A stretch of 64,000 nucleotides of DNA from an uncultured Bacilli bacterium (GCA_934162195.1 CAKPHO010000004.1:7031-71030); one strand, 5' to 3'; shown: positions 44,822-56,063, numbered from the stretch's first letter. Made by a program: numbers and translations. Notes: generated by a model from the letters alone, not told the origin.

Positions 44822-47146
44822 TTAAACACTAACTTTATTGTTTATTGACACAATATTAACGTTAGTAATGCCATTCATACATTTTTCAATTATTTGATTT
44901 TCAACTAATTCTTTTATTATCTTACTTATTTTTCTAGCTCCAAATTCTTTATATTTACTTTTTTCAATTATTTCAGTTACTACATTTTTAGAGTTAGTTA
45001 CTTTTATTCCTTTGTTCTTATATTTATTTTTTAATTTTTTTAAATTCATATCAACTATTTTTGTAATATCTTCTTTATTTAGTGATTTAAAGAAAATAGT
45101 AGTATCAATACGATTAATAAACGGTAGAGAAAAATTCTCTTTTAGTTTTTGTTCTATTATACTATTTTTGTCATTAGAAAAACCAATACTATTTTCATTA
45201 AATCCTATATTAGATGTCATTATAATTGTTGTATTATCAAAGCGAACTTCTATCCCCTTAGAATCTTTTATTTTTCCTTCATCTAATATTTGAAATAATA
45301 AGTTTATAATAGCTGGATGAGCTTTCTCTATTTCATCTAAAATAATAACAGAAAATGGTTTGTTTCTAACTTCTTCTAATATATTTTTAGAGTCTGAATA
45401 TCCAACATATCCTGGAGGAGCTCCTACTATTTTACTGACAGAATGAGCTTCAGAATACTCACTCATATCTAATTTAATAACATTTTCCTTTCCCACTAGT
45501 TCATTACCAAATGTTTTAGCTAAACAAGTTTTACCTATACCACTCGATCCACAAAAGATAATAGAATTACACTTATTTTCATCTACAAATCCCAACTTAA
45601 TTCTTTTAGCTAGATTTATTAATTTACTGATGGCCTCATCTTGACCAATGATATTACTTTTTAAGTTTTCTTCAATATTAAAAATTATTTGTTCTTTCTC
45701 TTTTAATAATTCGTATACCGGTATTCTAGTTCTTTTATTTATAACAAGTGCAACATCTTCTTTAGATATAACTCTTTTATTAGTATCTTTAATAACATCT
45801 AATTCTATCTTGTTTATTTTATCCATTAATTCTTTTTCTTTTTTTCTAAATTTTGCTGCACTATCAAAATTATTGTTAATAATAGCCTCATTTTTACTAT
45901 TAATCACAAGTTGTAGATTTTTATTATAATTTTTATATTTTTTTATTTCATCACTTTCTTTTAAACTTGCAAAGCTACATACCTCATCTAATATATCTAT
46001 AGATTTATCTGGTTGATTACGATCATATATATATCTTTCAGATAAGTCAACAATCAAATCTATTATTTCTTCATTTATAATTACGTTGTGATACTTTTCA
46101 TAAATCGGTTTTAGTTTACTCAATATTTCTTTTACAGTCGCTTTATCAGGAGTTTGTATTAATATTTTTTGAAATCTTCTATCTAACGCTCCATCTGCCT
46201 CTATATACTTTTTATACTCTTCTGTTGTTGTAGCTCCTATACATTTTATTTTACCTCTAGCTAAAGCCGGCTTAAAAATATTAGAAGCATCTATTGCTCC
46301 TTCAGCACCTCCTGCTCCTACTAATGTGTGTATCTCGTCAATAAAAATAATAATATCATCATTATCTTCTATTTCTTTTAACACTTTACGCATTCTCTCT
46401 TCAAATTCACCACGATATTTAGTACCCGCTACCATAGTAGCCATATCTAAACTTATAATACGTTTGTTTTTTAATTTCTTAGGGACTTCTCCAAAGGCTA
46501 CCATTCTACTAAGCTCTTCTACAATTGCTGTTTTCCCTACACCTGCCTCTCCTATTAAGATAGGATTATTCTTTGTCCTACGACATAATATTTCTAAAAG
46601 TCTACTGATTTCTTCATCTCTTCCTATAACAGGATCTAACTCATTATTTAAAGCTTTCTTTGTTAAATCATATCCTAGTTCATCAATTAATAGTTTTTTA
46701 TTTTTTTTAGTTTTAGAAGACATTATTAACTTGTTTGAGAAATCTTTATATAATTTATCAAGATCAATATCCATTCCAAGCATTATTCTGATACCAACAC
46801 CTTCCCCTTCTTCAAGAAGACTTGCAAAAAGATGTTCTACAGTTACATCACCATTATTATTTTCTTTACTATCAACTATAGCATTTTCAATTATTCTTTT
46901 AAGTAATGGTGTATATAAAAACCATTCCGGATGTTCACTACCAACACCTATAATGTTAGTTATTTCTTTTTTTAACACATCATAAGTCAAATTATATTCT
47001 TTTAGTTTCTTTGAAACAGCATTGTTATCTTTTAAAATAGCTAAAAGTAAGTGTTCACTACCAACATAAGGATGTTTTAATTCATACATTTCTTCCTTAG
47101 CGCTAACTAGTATTTTACGTGCTTCTTCTGTAAATTCTCCAAACAC
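44822..47146 (-). CDS. clpC: ATP-dependent Clp protease ATP-binding subunit (ClpC-like AAA+)
   Basis: Clp_N repeats (GSEHLLLAIL), two AAA+ modules (GEAGVGKTAIVE; GSSGIGKTCLAK). Start placed at GTG 47146 (MFGEFTEEARKIL) behind AAGGAG. Confidence 0.88.
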   Translation of the reverse strand: MFGEFTEEARKILVSAKEEMYELKHPYVGSEHLLLAILKDNNAVSKKLKEYNLTYDVLKKEITNIIGVGSEHPEWFLYTPLLKRIIENAIVDSKENNNGDVTVEHLFASLLEEGEGVGIRIMLGMDIDLDKLYKDFSNKLIMSSKTKKNKKLLIDELGYDLTKKALNNELDPVIGRDEEISRLLEILCRRTKNNPILIGEAGVGKTAIVEELSRMVAFGEVPKKLKNKRIISLDMATMVAGTKYRGEFEERMRKVLKEIEDNDDIIIFIDEIHTLVGAGGAEGAIDASNIFKPALARGKIKCIGATTTEEYKKYIEADGALDRRFQKILIQTPDKATVKEILSKLKPIYEKYHNVIINEEIIDLIVDLSERYIYDRNQPDKSIDILDEVCSFASLKESDEIKKYKNYNKNLQLVINSKNEAIINNNFDSAAKFRKKEKELMDKINKIELDVIKDTNKRVISKEDVALVINKRTRIPVYELLKEKEQIIFNIEENLKSNIIGQDEAISKLINLAKRIKLGFVDENKCNSIIFCGSSGIGKTCLAKTFGNELVGKENVIKLDMSEYSEAHSVSKIVGAPPGYVGYSDSKNILEEVRNKPFSVIILDEIEKAHPAIINLLFQILDEGKIKDSKGIEVRFDNTTIIMTSNIGFNENSIGFSNDKNSIIEQKLKENFSLPFINRIDTTIFFKSLNKEDITKIVDMNLKKLKNKYKNKGIKVTNSKNVVTEIIEKSKYKEFGARKISKIIKELVENQIIEKCMNGITNVNIVSINNKVSV

Positions 47147-47196
47147 ATTATCATCTCCTTTATATTCTATGTTATTGTGTAACTTATTTATCATTT

Positions 47197-47367
47197 TTAA
47201 TCATATATAATCATTGCTGAAAAACAAAATACTTGTTCCTCCGAAAAAACACTAACACTAACTTGATATTTAATATCTATTACATCACCATCCAAGTCTT
47301 TTAAAAAATTATTTACCGCTGCTTCTAAATCTTTTTCATGACCTTCATCAAATATTTTAACCTTCAT
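47197..47367 (-). CDS. cse60: sporulation protein Cse60
   Basis: 56 aa, below the track cut-off. MKVKIFDEGHEKDLEAAVNNFLKDLDGDVIDIKYQVSV...FSAMIIYD matches the Cse60 family pattern. Confidence 0.65.
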   Translation of the reverse strand: MKVKIFDEGHEKDLEAAVNNFLKDLDGDVIDIKYQVSVSVFSEEQVFCFSAMIIYD

Positions 47368-47417
47368 TTAAATCACCACTATCATTCTAATACCAAAGAT
47401 ATAAAAAAAAAGACGTA

Positions 47418-47894
47418 TTATATCGTCTTCTTATAATAAATTGTTTTTTCTTCAATAGCGCTATTAACATAATTTATTAATAGTTTAATTTCAGGATGAA
47501 AATCCTCTTTATCTTTAGTATAATCAATATATCCAACAAGAACAATTCCTTTATTAGTATCTTCTTCAGTTCTTTCTACCATTAGGTTAATTGGTTCCTC
47601 ATCAAAAACACCTATACTCGGAAATCCATCATGTGTTTCCATATTATGACTAACAACAATATTGATATTTCTCATATCTTCTTTTGGATTATCTAAAACA
47701 ATTTGATAACTATATTGTGTATCACTTATTTTATCATAAGTTATCTCAATATCACATGGAACATATCCACTTGTTTCATTTGATGATAATAAATTATTCA
47801 TATATTTGTTATAATCTATTGTCATATTATCTTTTACAGCACTACATCCTGTAAGTAATAAAACTGTTGCCAACACTAATAATATCTTTTTCAT
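47418..47894 (-). CDS. putative lipoprotein
   Basis: Signal peptide with lipobox LLLTGC. Confidence 0.7.
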   Translation of the reverse strand: MKKILLVLATVLLLTGCSAVKDNMTIDYNKYMNNLLSSNETSGYVPCDIEITYDKISDTQYSYQIVLDNPKEDMRNINIVVSHNMETHDGFPSIGVFDEEPINLMVERTEEDTNKGIVLVGYIDYTKDKEDFHPEIKLLINYVNSAIEEKTIYYKKTI

Positions 47895-47896
47895 AA

Positions 47897-48532
47897 TTAC
47901 TCCTTCAATTCTTTCCTGATTCTTTTATAATCTGGTTTATACTTTGCCACCAAATTCCAAAAACTATTTGAATGATTAAAATGAATTAAATGAGAAAGCT
48001 CATGAACAATAACATAATCCAAAGCTTCTAATGGATACTCTATCAGTCTAGAATTAAGGGTTATTGTCTTACTTTTAACATTGCATACACCCCAACGAGT
48101 TTTCATTTCTCTAATTCTCATTCTATAAAATGGAATTTGCTCCTCGAATTTATTATATAACATTTTATAATGTTCGTCAAAAATATTTTGCATCTGCTTT
48201 TTGTACCATTTGTCAAATTGTTTTTGATCATGAGCATATATCTTATTTCCTGCAATTTCCACTTCGTCAAACAAGTTACCAAACACTAAATCATACTTAT
48301 TTCCAAAATATAAAATATATTCTTTTTTTTCGATTTCTTTTTTTCTTTTTTCAATCATCTTTATTATATATGCTTGATTTTGATTTAAAACATCTAAGAT
48401 TTGGTTTTTAGATGTTAAATAATTAGTTGTAACTAGTATTGTTAAATCTTCTTTAACCCTAATATATAAATTTTTATTATTCTTCTTTTCAATAACTACA
48501 TCATATATTTCATTGTTTATTTCATACTTCAT
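47897..48532 (-). CDS. YgjP-like (DUF45/M48 superfamily) metallopeptidase
   Basis: HELSHLIHFNHSNSFW zinc motif typical of the YgjP family. Confidence 0.8.
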   Translation of the reverse strand: MKYEINNEIYDVVIEKKNNKNLYIRVKEDLTILVTTNYLTSKNQILDVLNQNQAYIIKMIEKRKKEIEKKEYILYFGNKYDLVFGNLFDEVEIAGNKIYAHDQKQFDKWYKKQMQNIFDEHYKMLYNKFEEQIPFYRMRIREMKTRWGVCNVKSKTITLNSRLIEYPLEALDYVIVHELSHLIHFNHSNSFWNLVAKYKPDYKRIRKELKE

Positions 48533-48539
48533 GAGTCAC

Positions 48540-50846
48540 CTATTTTTGTAATATTTTATTAAGTCTCTTATAAATTTTCTTTTCAAAAAATATTGTATTT
48601 ACTTTAAGAAGTAGTATGGTGTTTAAAAATAAAACTATCATTACAAGTAACATCCTCAAATTAAATATAGTTAGAGAAAATAAATTGTTAAGACCAACTA
48701 CACCAAAAGTAAAGAAAATAATTAGTGTAACAATTAAGAATGTTCTTAATTTATTTAATGGTTTACAAATTCTATACAAATGAACAAAACCAGTAAATCC
48801 AACTAAAGTAACTGCTATAGTAGATACTTCTTTTGAATCTATATTAAAAATAGAACCAAATATAACTGTAATTAAAATATTAATAACAATTGTCATTGCG
48901 GTTGGAATTGCAGCCTTAAATATATTATACAAGAAGTTTCCTTTAATAATATCTTTGTTAGGTTCAAGTGCTAAAATAAATGATGGTATGCCGATTGTAA
49001 ATGAACTAGTGAGTGTTAATTGAATTGGAATAAAAGGATACTTTAGAGGGAGAAAAACAAATATTAAAGCAAGTAATGATGCATATACTGTTTTTACTAT
49101 GAAAAGGCTTGCTGATCTTTCAATGTTGTTAATTGTTCTTCTTCCTTCTTTTACGATTAAAGGCATTGCATCAAAATTAGAGTCTAGTAAAACAAGTTCC
49201 CCAACATTACGAGCTGCTTCACTACCATTATTTAAAGCTATACTTGAATCAGCTTCTTTTAATGCCAGAACATCATTAACTCCATCACCTATCATTGCTA
49301 CTTTATGCCCTTTTTTCTTTAAAGCATTAATTATAGTTTTCTTTTGATATGGACTAACACGTCCAAATATTGAATAATCTTCTACTATCTCTTCTAACTT
49401 TTCATCACTTAATTTTGATACATCTTTATACTTTTTAATACCAAGATTTAATCTGTTTGCAATATTTAAAATAGTTTTAGGATTATCACCAGATACTATT
49501 TTAACATCTACATTTTCTTTTTTAAAATACTCGATTGTTTTCAACACATTTTTTCTGATTTTATCTTGAATTAAAATAATTGCAATAGGATAAATATCTT
49601 TATATTTTTCTTCTACTAAAAGGACTATTCTTCCTTCTTTAACATATTTATCAATATCATAATCGTTATACTTTTCTTTTAATATTATTTCCGGAGCACC
49701 TAAAATATATGTTCCTAAAGTTTCAAAGCTAACTTTAGAGTATTTACGATCTGATGAAAATGGTATACTTTTTTCTACTTTATAATTATTACGAACGCCA
49801 AAATAACGGGTTAAAGCAGCCATAGTTTCATTTTCATTATCAAAAACATTACATATTTCACTCATTATTTCTTTAACATCATATTTTTTATTAGTAAGAG
49901 GAATATATTTACTTACTTCCATTACACCTTCCGTAAGAGTACCTGTTTTATCAAAACATATTGTATCAACGCGTGCTAAAGATTCAATTGAATATAATTG
50001 CTTAATTAAAACTTTATTATGCGCAAGTTTAATCGAACTAACAGCTAAAGCTGTACTAGTAAGTAATACAAGACCTTCAGGAATCATTGCAACTAATGCG
50101 GCTACAACATTTACTATAGCATTAGAAAATGATTGATGAATGATAAAAAATTGGTTGATAAAAAGTAGAAGTCCTAAAGGAATTATAACTATAGAAACTA
50201 ACTTTATGATTTTATTTAATGAATTTAAAAGTAAAGAATCTATTTTTTTTATATATTTAGCTCCATTAGTTATTTTAGATGTATAGTTATCTTCTCCGAT
50301 ATGTATAACTTGGGCTAAACATTTTCCACTTACAATAAAACTTCCAGAAAGAATAGTGTCACCAGTTTTCTTTGCACGTGGCTTAGATTCTCCCGTTATA
50401 AATGATTCATCAACTTCTACTCTACCACTTCTTACAACACTATCAACAACTACTTGATTACCAACTTTAAAATTTATAATATCATCAATAACAATTTCAT
50501 TAATACCTATAGTATTTTCTTTTTCATCTCTTTTTACATTTACTTTTGTCTCTGCAATAATAGATAGTTTATCTATTTCTATCTTAGCTCTTATTTCTTG
50601 AAAAATGCTTATTAATGTATTACATATAACAACGCCTAAAAATAGTAGATTTTTATATGATCCTACTAAAAAAATTAATAGACCTAAAACTAAATTTAGT
50701 AAATTAAAAAGTGTAAATATATTATCTCTTATAATTTCTTTTATACCCTTTGTAGGCACTTCTGAATTATAATTAACTAACTTTTGTTTTTTACGAATTT
50801 CAACTTGCTTTTTTGTTAACCCTGTATCTATATCTGTGTAATTCAT
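48540..50846 (-). CDS. cation-translocating P-type ATPase
   Basis: DKTGTLT phosphorylation site, TGES-like actuator (ITGES), and the GDGVNDVLALKEAD hinge. Start placed at MNYTD behind GGAGG. Confidence 0.9.
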   Translation of the reverse strand: MNYTDIDTGLTKKQVEIRKKQKLVNYNSEVPTKGIKEIIRDNIFTLFNLLNLVLGLLIFLVGSYKNLLFLGVVICNTLISIFQEIRAKIEIDKLSIIAETKVNVKRDEKENTIGINEIVIDDIINFKVGNQVVVDSVVRSGRVEVDESFITGESKPRAKKTGDTILSGSFIVSGKCLAQVIHIGEDNYTSKITNGAKYIKKIDSLLLNSLNKIIKLVSIVIIPLGLLLFINQFFIIHQSFSNAIVNVVAALVAMIPEGLVLLTSTALAVSSIKLAHNKVLIKQLYSIESLARVDTICFDKTGTLTEGVMEVSKYIPLTNKKYDVKEIMSEICNVFDNENETMAALTRYFGVRNNYKVEKSIPFSSDRKYSKVSFETLGTYILGAPEIILKEKYNDYDIDKYVKEGRIVLLVEEKYKDIYPIAIILIQDKIRKNVLKTIEYFKKENVDVKIVSGDNPKTILNIANRLNLGIKKYKDVSKLSDEKLEEIVEDYSIFGRVSPYQKKTIINALKKKGHKVAMIGDGVNDVLALKEADSSIALNNGSEAARNVGELVLLDSNFDAMPLIVKEGRRTINNIERSASLFIVKTVYASLLALIFVFLPLKYPFIPIQLTLTSSFTIGIPSFILALEPNKDIIKGNFLYNIFKAAIPTAMTIVINILITVIFGSIFNIDSKEVSTIAVTLVGFTGFVHLYRICKPLNKLRTFLIVTLIIFFTFGVVGLNNLFSLTIFNLRMLLVMIVLFLNTILLLKVNTIFFEKKIYKRLNKILQK

Positions 50847-50917
50847 AACTGCCTCCAATCCTATTTTATTATATCACGTATACTTGTTTTTTAAAACTTG
50901 AAAAAACTTTTTTAATA

Positions 50918-50955
50918 TCAAAAATAGCACTTAATCTACTTTAAGATTAAGTGCT
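50918..50955 (-). terminator. hairpin terminator in the decayed region
   Basis: AGCACTTAATC-8 nt-GATTAAGTGCT, an 11-bp perfect stem followed on the minus strand by ATTTTTG. Confidence 0.5.
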
Positions 50956-50984
50956 ACCTATAAATTTTACTTCCAATGTACATT

Positions 50985-51385
50985 TTAATTGTTATTTAAA
51001 TCAATTCCATCAATGCTTGTATCATAAATTCATTGTTTTAAATCACTATTATCTCCCATTTCATAGAATTTAATAAGTTTTTCAAAAAATGTTGGTTGAT
51101 TTTCCTGCGAAATTGTAATTATTCCACAGCCATTATCTATCATTATTTTATTAGCAAATAACATAACACTTTAAAATCGTAATCAATTTCCTCATTTTCT
51201 AATATAAATTGCCACGAATACTTTAAATTATTAATTGCCAAAATCTTATCGACTGTTAAACTATTGACAATCCCATCATCATAAATAGCTTGTGTTTCAG
51301 GGTAAGTTACTCTAATTCCCTCTAGATTTGCACTTTTCCAAATATAATTAACAATATTTCTTTTGGCAACGAGATATATTAAATT
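50985..51385 (-). pseudogene. degraded ORF remnant (5'-truncated, frameshifted; possibly Fic/Doc-like)
   Basis: The minus strand reads KNLIYLVAKRNIVNYIWKSANLEGIRVTYPETQAIYDDGIVNSLTVDKILAINNLKYSWQFILEN...LIK, then a stop. Another frame continues MLFANKIMIDNGCGIITISQENQPTFFEKLIKFYEMG..., then a stop. No intact ORF of 60 aa or more in 50860-51594. Confidence 0.35.
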
Positions 51386-51594
51386 TTTTTATTTTTCTCT
51401 TAGATTGTTTTCTTTCTTCATTTAATTATGGCACAAATGATATATTTTGTCTGTTTTTCCACAAAAACTACGGTAAAATAGATAAATCTTCTTTTATGTA
51501 ATTATAAAAACATTTTAATTTTTAATTTGAAATCATTATTTTTAAAAAGATGTATTAATTTGATATTAACAACTATTGTAATATTAATTATATT

Positions 51595-52458
51595 TTAATC
51601 ATCATATGGATTAACATGAATAGTTATATATTTATTTCTTTCATCATCTTTTTTTAATTTATTTTCTATTTTTTCTAAAACATCATGACTTCTTTTCAAG
51701 CTTAAATTGCCACTCATTCCTACTTCACAAACAATTTTAAAATAATAACCATATTTTATTAATGTAAGTTTATCAACGCACATTATCTCTTTTTCACTTG
51801 TTATTATTTTTCTTATATTTTCTAAATATACAGGATCTATTTCTTGTTCTCCTAAAATATTACTAATATTTTCTTTTAAAACATCAAATCCTACTTTTAC
51901 AATAAATAACCCTACTACGATAGTTGCAACCTTATCTGCATATTTAAACCATTCAATTTTATCAGAAAAGAGCATTAAAATTGTGGATACTAGAACAACA
52001 AGCGAACTTAAAACATCCATTGATGACTCGCATCCACTGGATATCAAAATGTTATTCTTATATTCTTTTCCTTTCCTTGTTATATAATGAGCAAGTAAAT
52101 ATTTAGAAACAATGGTAAACAAACTTACTAAAATTACTAAAATACTAGGAATTACTATTTTATTGTTATATGAGTTATATATAATAGAAAATCCTACAAA
52201 TAAAATAACTAATCCAATTCCAATACTGGTTAAATATTCTAACTTACCATGACCAAAAGGATGTTTTAAATCAGCGGGTTTTCTACTAAGTAAATTGCCA
52301 AATATTGCAAAAACATCTGTAAATAAATCACTAAAAGAATGAATCCCATCTGCTATAAGTGCTGATGATTTACCTACTATTCCCACTATTATTTTAATAA
52401 TAGAAAGAAAAGAATTAACTATCATACTAGTTAACATTACTTTATTTTCTTTTTTCAT
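51595..52458 (-). CDS. cation diffusion facilitator family transporter
   Basis: Six TM helices with the ADGIHSFSDLFTD motif and a C-terminal cytoplasmic domain. Confidence 0.85.
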   Translation of the reverse strand: MKKENKVMLTSMIVNSFLSIIKIIVGIVGKSSALIADGIHSFSDLFTDVFAIFGNLLSRKPADLKHPFGHGKLEYLTSIGIGLVILFVGFSIIYNSYNNKIVIPSILVILVSLFTIVSKYLLAHYITRKGKEYKNNILISSGCESSMDVLSSLVVLVSTILMLFSDKIEWFKYADKVATIVVGLFIVKVGFDVLKENISNILGEQEIDPVYLENIRKIITSEKEIMCVDKLTLIKYGYYFKIVCEVGMSGNLSLKRSHDVLEKIENKLKKDDERNKYITIHVNPYDD

Positions 52459-52461
52459 AAA

Positions 52462-55053
52462 CTATTTGGCTTGATACCAATTCTCACCACTTTCTATATC
52501 AATTTCTAAAGGAACATTGATATTATAATCTGCATCCATAACACTTTCAATTATTTCACATACTTTTTCTTTTTCTTCTTTCAAAGTATCAAATATAAGT
52601 TCATCATGAACTTGTAAAATCATTTTACTTTTAATATTATTTTCTTTAAATTTTTTATCAACTTCAATCATTGCTTTTTTTATAATATCTGCACTAGTAC
52701 CTTGAATTGGTGTATTTAATGCAATTCTTTCTCCAGCACTTCTTATCATATAATTTTTATTATTTAATTCAGGAATAATTCTCTTACGATTAAACAAAGT
52801 TCTTACATACCCAACTTCTTTTGCTTTAGCAATAGTATCATCCATATATTTTTTTATTCCAGGGTATGTTTCTAAGTAATTATTAATAAATTCTTTAGCT
52901 TCTTTTGTAGACACTCCAATATTTTCTGATAAACCAAAACCACTTATTCCATAAATAATACCAAAATTAACAGCTTTAGCTATTCTTCGCATATTTTTAG
53001 TAACCATATCAATTGGTATATTAAATATATCACTAGCTGTTTTACTATGAATATCTTTTCCTTCTTTAAACGCTTGTTTTAATGCCTCTACATTAGCAAT
53101 TGATGCTAAAATTCTAAGTTCTATTTGTGAATAATCCGCACTTACGATAATTGAACTAGGTGATGGAATAAAGGCTTTTCTTATTAATTTTCCGTATTCA
53201 TCCCTAACTGGTATATTTTGTAAGTTAGGTTCGATTGAAGACAAACGTCCAGTTCTAGTTAAAGCTTGTGTATAAATAGTATGAACTTTATTATCAGGCA
53301 TAATACTATTTATTAAACCTTCAATATATGTTGAATTCAATTTTGTTAAATTGCGGTGTTCAATAATTAAGTTTATAATTGGATGTTTATCTTTTATTTT
53401 TTCTAAAACATCTATAGCAGTAGAATATCCCCTAGTACCTTTTTTACCATGAGGTAATCCAAGCTTATCAAAAAGAATATCACCAAGCTGGAACGGAGAT
53501 GAAATATTAAACTCTTCTCCAGCAAGATTATAAATATCTTTGCTTAAGAGTTCTAATTTTATTTCTATTTCTTTACCCATTTCTTCTAAAATACTTTTAT
53601 CAACATATACACCATTATATTCCATATCACCCAAAACAGTGATTAAAGGATGTTCTATATCATCATATAACTCTAACATTTCTTCATCTGTTAACTTATT
53701 TAATAATTCTTTTTTGGTTTCATAAACAAATCTAGCTTTATTTATACAGTTTTTAGCCACTTCTATTTCATCTGGGATATGTAATTTAACACCCTTACCA
53801 TAGACATTTTCATAAAAATCTAAATCATATCCCATTTGATTAGAAAGATAAGCAATATCATCTTTTACATTATAATCAAGTAAAGAAGACGCTATCATAG
53901 TATCAAAATTTACATTGGTAATATCAATATTGTTCCACTTTAAAGCAACATATGTCTTTTTTAAGTCATATACACTTTTTACTGTATTAGTAAGTAAGTC
54001 TTTACAATCTTTCAAAATAGAAAATGGAATATATAAACTTACATCTTGGTTATAAACACCAGCACCTATTATTTCTGATTTATGATAATTAGTTCCTAAA
54101 ATTTCTAAATAAAAGGCACATTCTTCTATCTTAGGAACTTCATTTATATTCTTAACAATTGTAACGTTAGTTTCTCTAACTATCTTTTTTTCTTCTTTTT
54201 CTTTTTTTAAGAATGAATAAAACTCTAAATCTTCATATAAACTATTTAATTTTTCACTATTTTTTTCTTTTAAAACTACATCTTTAATGTCTATTTCCAT
54301 TGGAACATCTCTTACAATAGTAGCAAGGTCAAAACTTTTATAGGCATTATCTTTGTCATCCATTAATTTTTGCTTAGTAGCGCCTTTTATACTATCTATA
54401 TTTTGATATATATTATCTAGGCTACCATACTGTTGAAGAAGCTTTAAAGCTGTTTTTTCACCTATTCCTTTAACGCCCGGAATGTTATCTGAAGAGTCCC
54501 CCATAAGTGCTTTAAGATCAATAATTCTAATAGGTTCTATACCATAAGCCTCTTTAAAAGTTTCCTCATTATACCTAATATAATCTTTTTGTTTTAATAA
54601 CTTTATATCAACATCAGAAGAAATTAACTGTAATAAATCCTTATCACTACTTACAATGGTACCAATAAATTCATCTTCATCATCACAAAATTTAGCGAAT
54701 GTTCCGATAATATCATCTGCTTCATAATTATCAATTTCATAGTATTTTATTCCCATATACGTTAATAACTCTTTAGCAATAGGAAACTGCATTTTTAATT
54801 CATCAGGAGTTTCTCCTCTACCACCTTTATAATCAGCATATTTTTCATGCCTAAATGTTTTACCTTTATCAAACGCAACTATAATGTGAGTAGGATTTTC
54901 TTCATGTAATATTTTATTAATCATATTAGTAAATCCAAATAGTGCATTAGTTGGAAAACCTTTACTATTTTTCATTAAATTGCCAGTATAAGCAGTTGCA
55001 TAATAACTTCTAAACAATAAGTTATTACCATCTACTAAAATTATCTTCTTCAT
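52462..55053 (-). CDS. polA: DNA polymerase I
   Basis: 5'-nuclease domain (LVDGNNLLFRSYYA), polymerase motifs A (SADYSQIELR), B (RRIAKAVNFGIIYG) and C (QVHDE). Confidence 0.96.
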   Translation of the reverse strand: MKKIILVDGNNLLFRSYYATAYTGNLMKNSKGFPTNALFGFTNMINKILHEENPTHIIVAFDKGKTFRHEKYADYKGGRGETPDELKMQFPIAKELLTYMGIKYYEIDNYEADDIIGTFAKFCDDEDEFIGTIVSSDKDLLQLISSDVDIKLLKQKDYIRYNEETFKEAYGIEPIRIIDLKALMGDSSDNIPGVKGIGEKTALKLLQQYGSLDNIYQNIDSIKGATKQKLMDDKDNAYKSFDLATIVRDVPMEIDIKDVVLKEKNSEKLNSLYEDLEFYSFLKKEKEEKKIVRETNVTIVKNINEVPKIEECAFYLEILGTNYHKSEIIGAGVYNQDVSLYIPFSILKDCKDLLTNTVKSVYDLKKTYVALKWNNIDITNVNFDTMIASSLLDYNVKDDIAYLSNQMGYDLDFYENVYGKGVKLHIPDEIEVAKNCINKARFVYETKKELLNKLTDEEMLELYDDIEHPLITVLGDMEYNGVYVDKSILEEMGKEIEIKLELLSKDIYNLAGEEFNISSPFQLGDILFDKLGLPHGKKGTRGYSTAIDVLEKIKDKHPIINLIIEHRNLTKLNSTYIEGLINSIMPDNKVHTIYTQALTRTGRLSSIEPNLQNIPVRDEYGKLIRKAFIPSPSSIIVSADYSQIELRILASIANVEALKQAFKEGKDIHSKTASDIFNIPIDMVTKNMRRIAKAVNFGIIYGISGFGLSENIGVSTKEAKEFINNYLETYPGIKKYMDDTIAKAKEVGYVRTLFNRKRIIPELNNKNYMIRSAGERIALNTPIQGTSADIIKKAMIEVDKKFKENNIKSKMILQVHDELIFDTLKEEKEKVCEIIESVMDADYNINVPLEIDIESGENWYQAK

Positions 55054-55117
55054 GTTATCACCATTTTTATTATAACATATTTTTTATATATAAAGATATA
55101 CTAATACTGGTGAAAAT

Positions 55118-56062
55118 ATGATTATAAAACTAGGATACGTTTCAATTAGTAAAGCATTAGATGTTACAACATCTCATACTATAAATTATACTAATTATTT
55201 AAAAGAAAAAAATAAAAATAAAAAAATAGATGAAATTATAAAAAGGAATTTAGAATCTTTAAATAAGATAATAGATTATAATATTAAAAATAATATTCAT
55301 TTTTATAGACTAACATCTAATTTAATACCGCTTGCAACAATGAAAGATGTAAATTTCGATTATATTACCAACTATAAAGATTTATATAATAAAATAGGAA
55401 ATAAAATTAATAAATATATGATGCGCATTGATATGCATCCCGATCAATTTACCGTTTTAAATAGTACTAAAAAAGAAGTATTAGAAAACACCTTTGAAAT
55501 ACTAAAATATCATTATAATATTTTGGATGCGCTTAATATCAAAAATAAAAATTTGATTCTTCATGTTGGAAGTAATGTATTTGGAAAGGAACAATCATTA
55601 ACAAGATTTATCAATAATTTTAATAAGTTACCACAAAATATAAAAAACTGTATTATTGTGGAAAATGATGATAAAATTTTTAATATTAAAGATACTTTAT
55701 ATCTGTGTCAAAAGATAAATAGACCAATGGTTCTAGATTATCATCACCACATTTGTAATAATGATAATTTAAATATTGATGATTATTATAAGCAAATATT
55801 TTCAACTTGGACTGATATAAATCCTAAGATACATTTTTCTAGTCCAAAAAATAAAACAAAAAAAGATATGCGAAGTCATCATGATTATATTAATCCCGAA
55901 GATTTTATTAATTTTTTAGAATCTATCAAACATTTAAATTTTAATATTGATATTATGTTAGAAGCGAAAGCTAAAGATGACGCTTTATTTAGATTAGTAA
56001 GACAGCTTAAATATATGACTAATTATAAATTTATTGATGAAACTACTTTCGAAGTAAAATAA
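55118..56062 (+). CDS. uvsE: UV damage endonuclease UvsE/UvdE
   Basis: LGYVSIS N-terminus, TIM-barrel UvdE-type sequence with HPDQF, LHVGS and HHHD motifs. Confidence 0.85.
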   Translation: MIIKLGYVSISKALDVTTSHTINYTNYLKEKNKNKKIDEIIKRNLESLNKIIDYNIKNNIHFYRLTSNLIPLATMKDVNFDYITNYKDLYNKIGNKINKYMMRIDMHPDQFTVLNSTKKEVLENTFEILKYHYNILDALNIKNKNLILHVGSNVFGKEQSLTRFINNFNKLPQNIKNCIIVENDDKIFNIKDTLYLCQKINRPMVLDYHHHICNNDNLNIDDYYKQIFSTWTDINPKIHFSSPKNKTKKDMRSHHDYINPEDFINFLESIKHLNFNIDIMLEAKAKDDALFRLVRQLKYMTNYKFIDETTFEVK

Positions 56063-56063
56063 T

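Noticed and set aside
46326-46985. Long plus-strand ORFs in the track lying antisense within minus-strand genes. Examples: 46326-46985 in clpC, 12403-12810 in cvpA, 42334-42798 in pilin F, 6250-6579, 28900-29208, and 45012-45929.
   Set aside because: Their translations are low-complexity (S/I/L/F-rich) with no motifs. They lie fully inside well-supported genes on the other strand and lack RBS context. They are typical antisense frame artefacts of AT-rich DNA.
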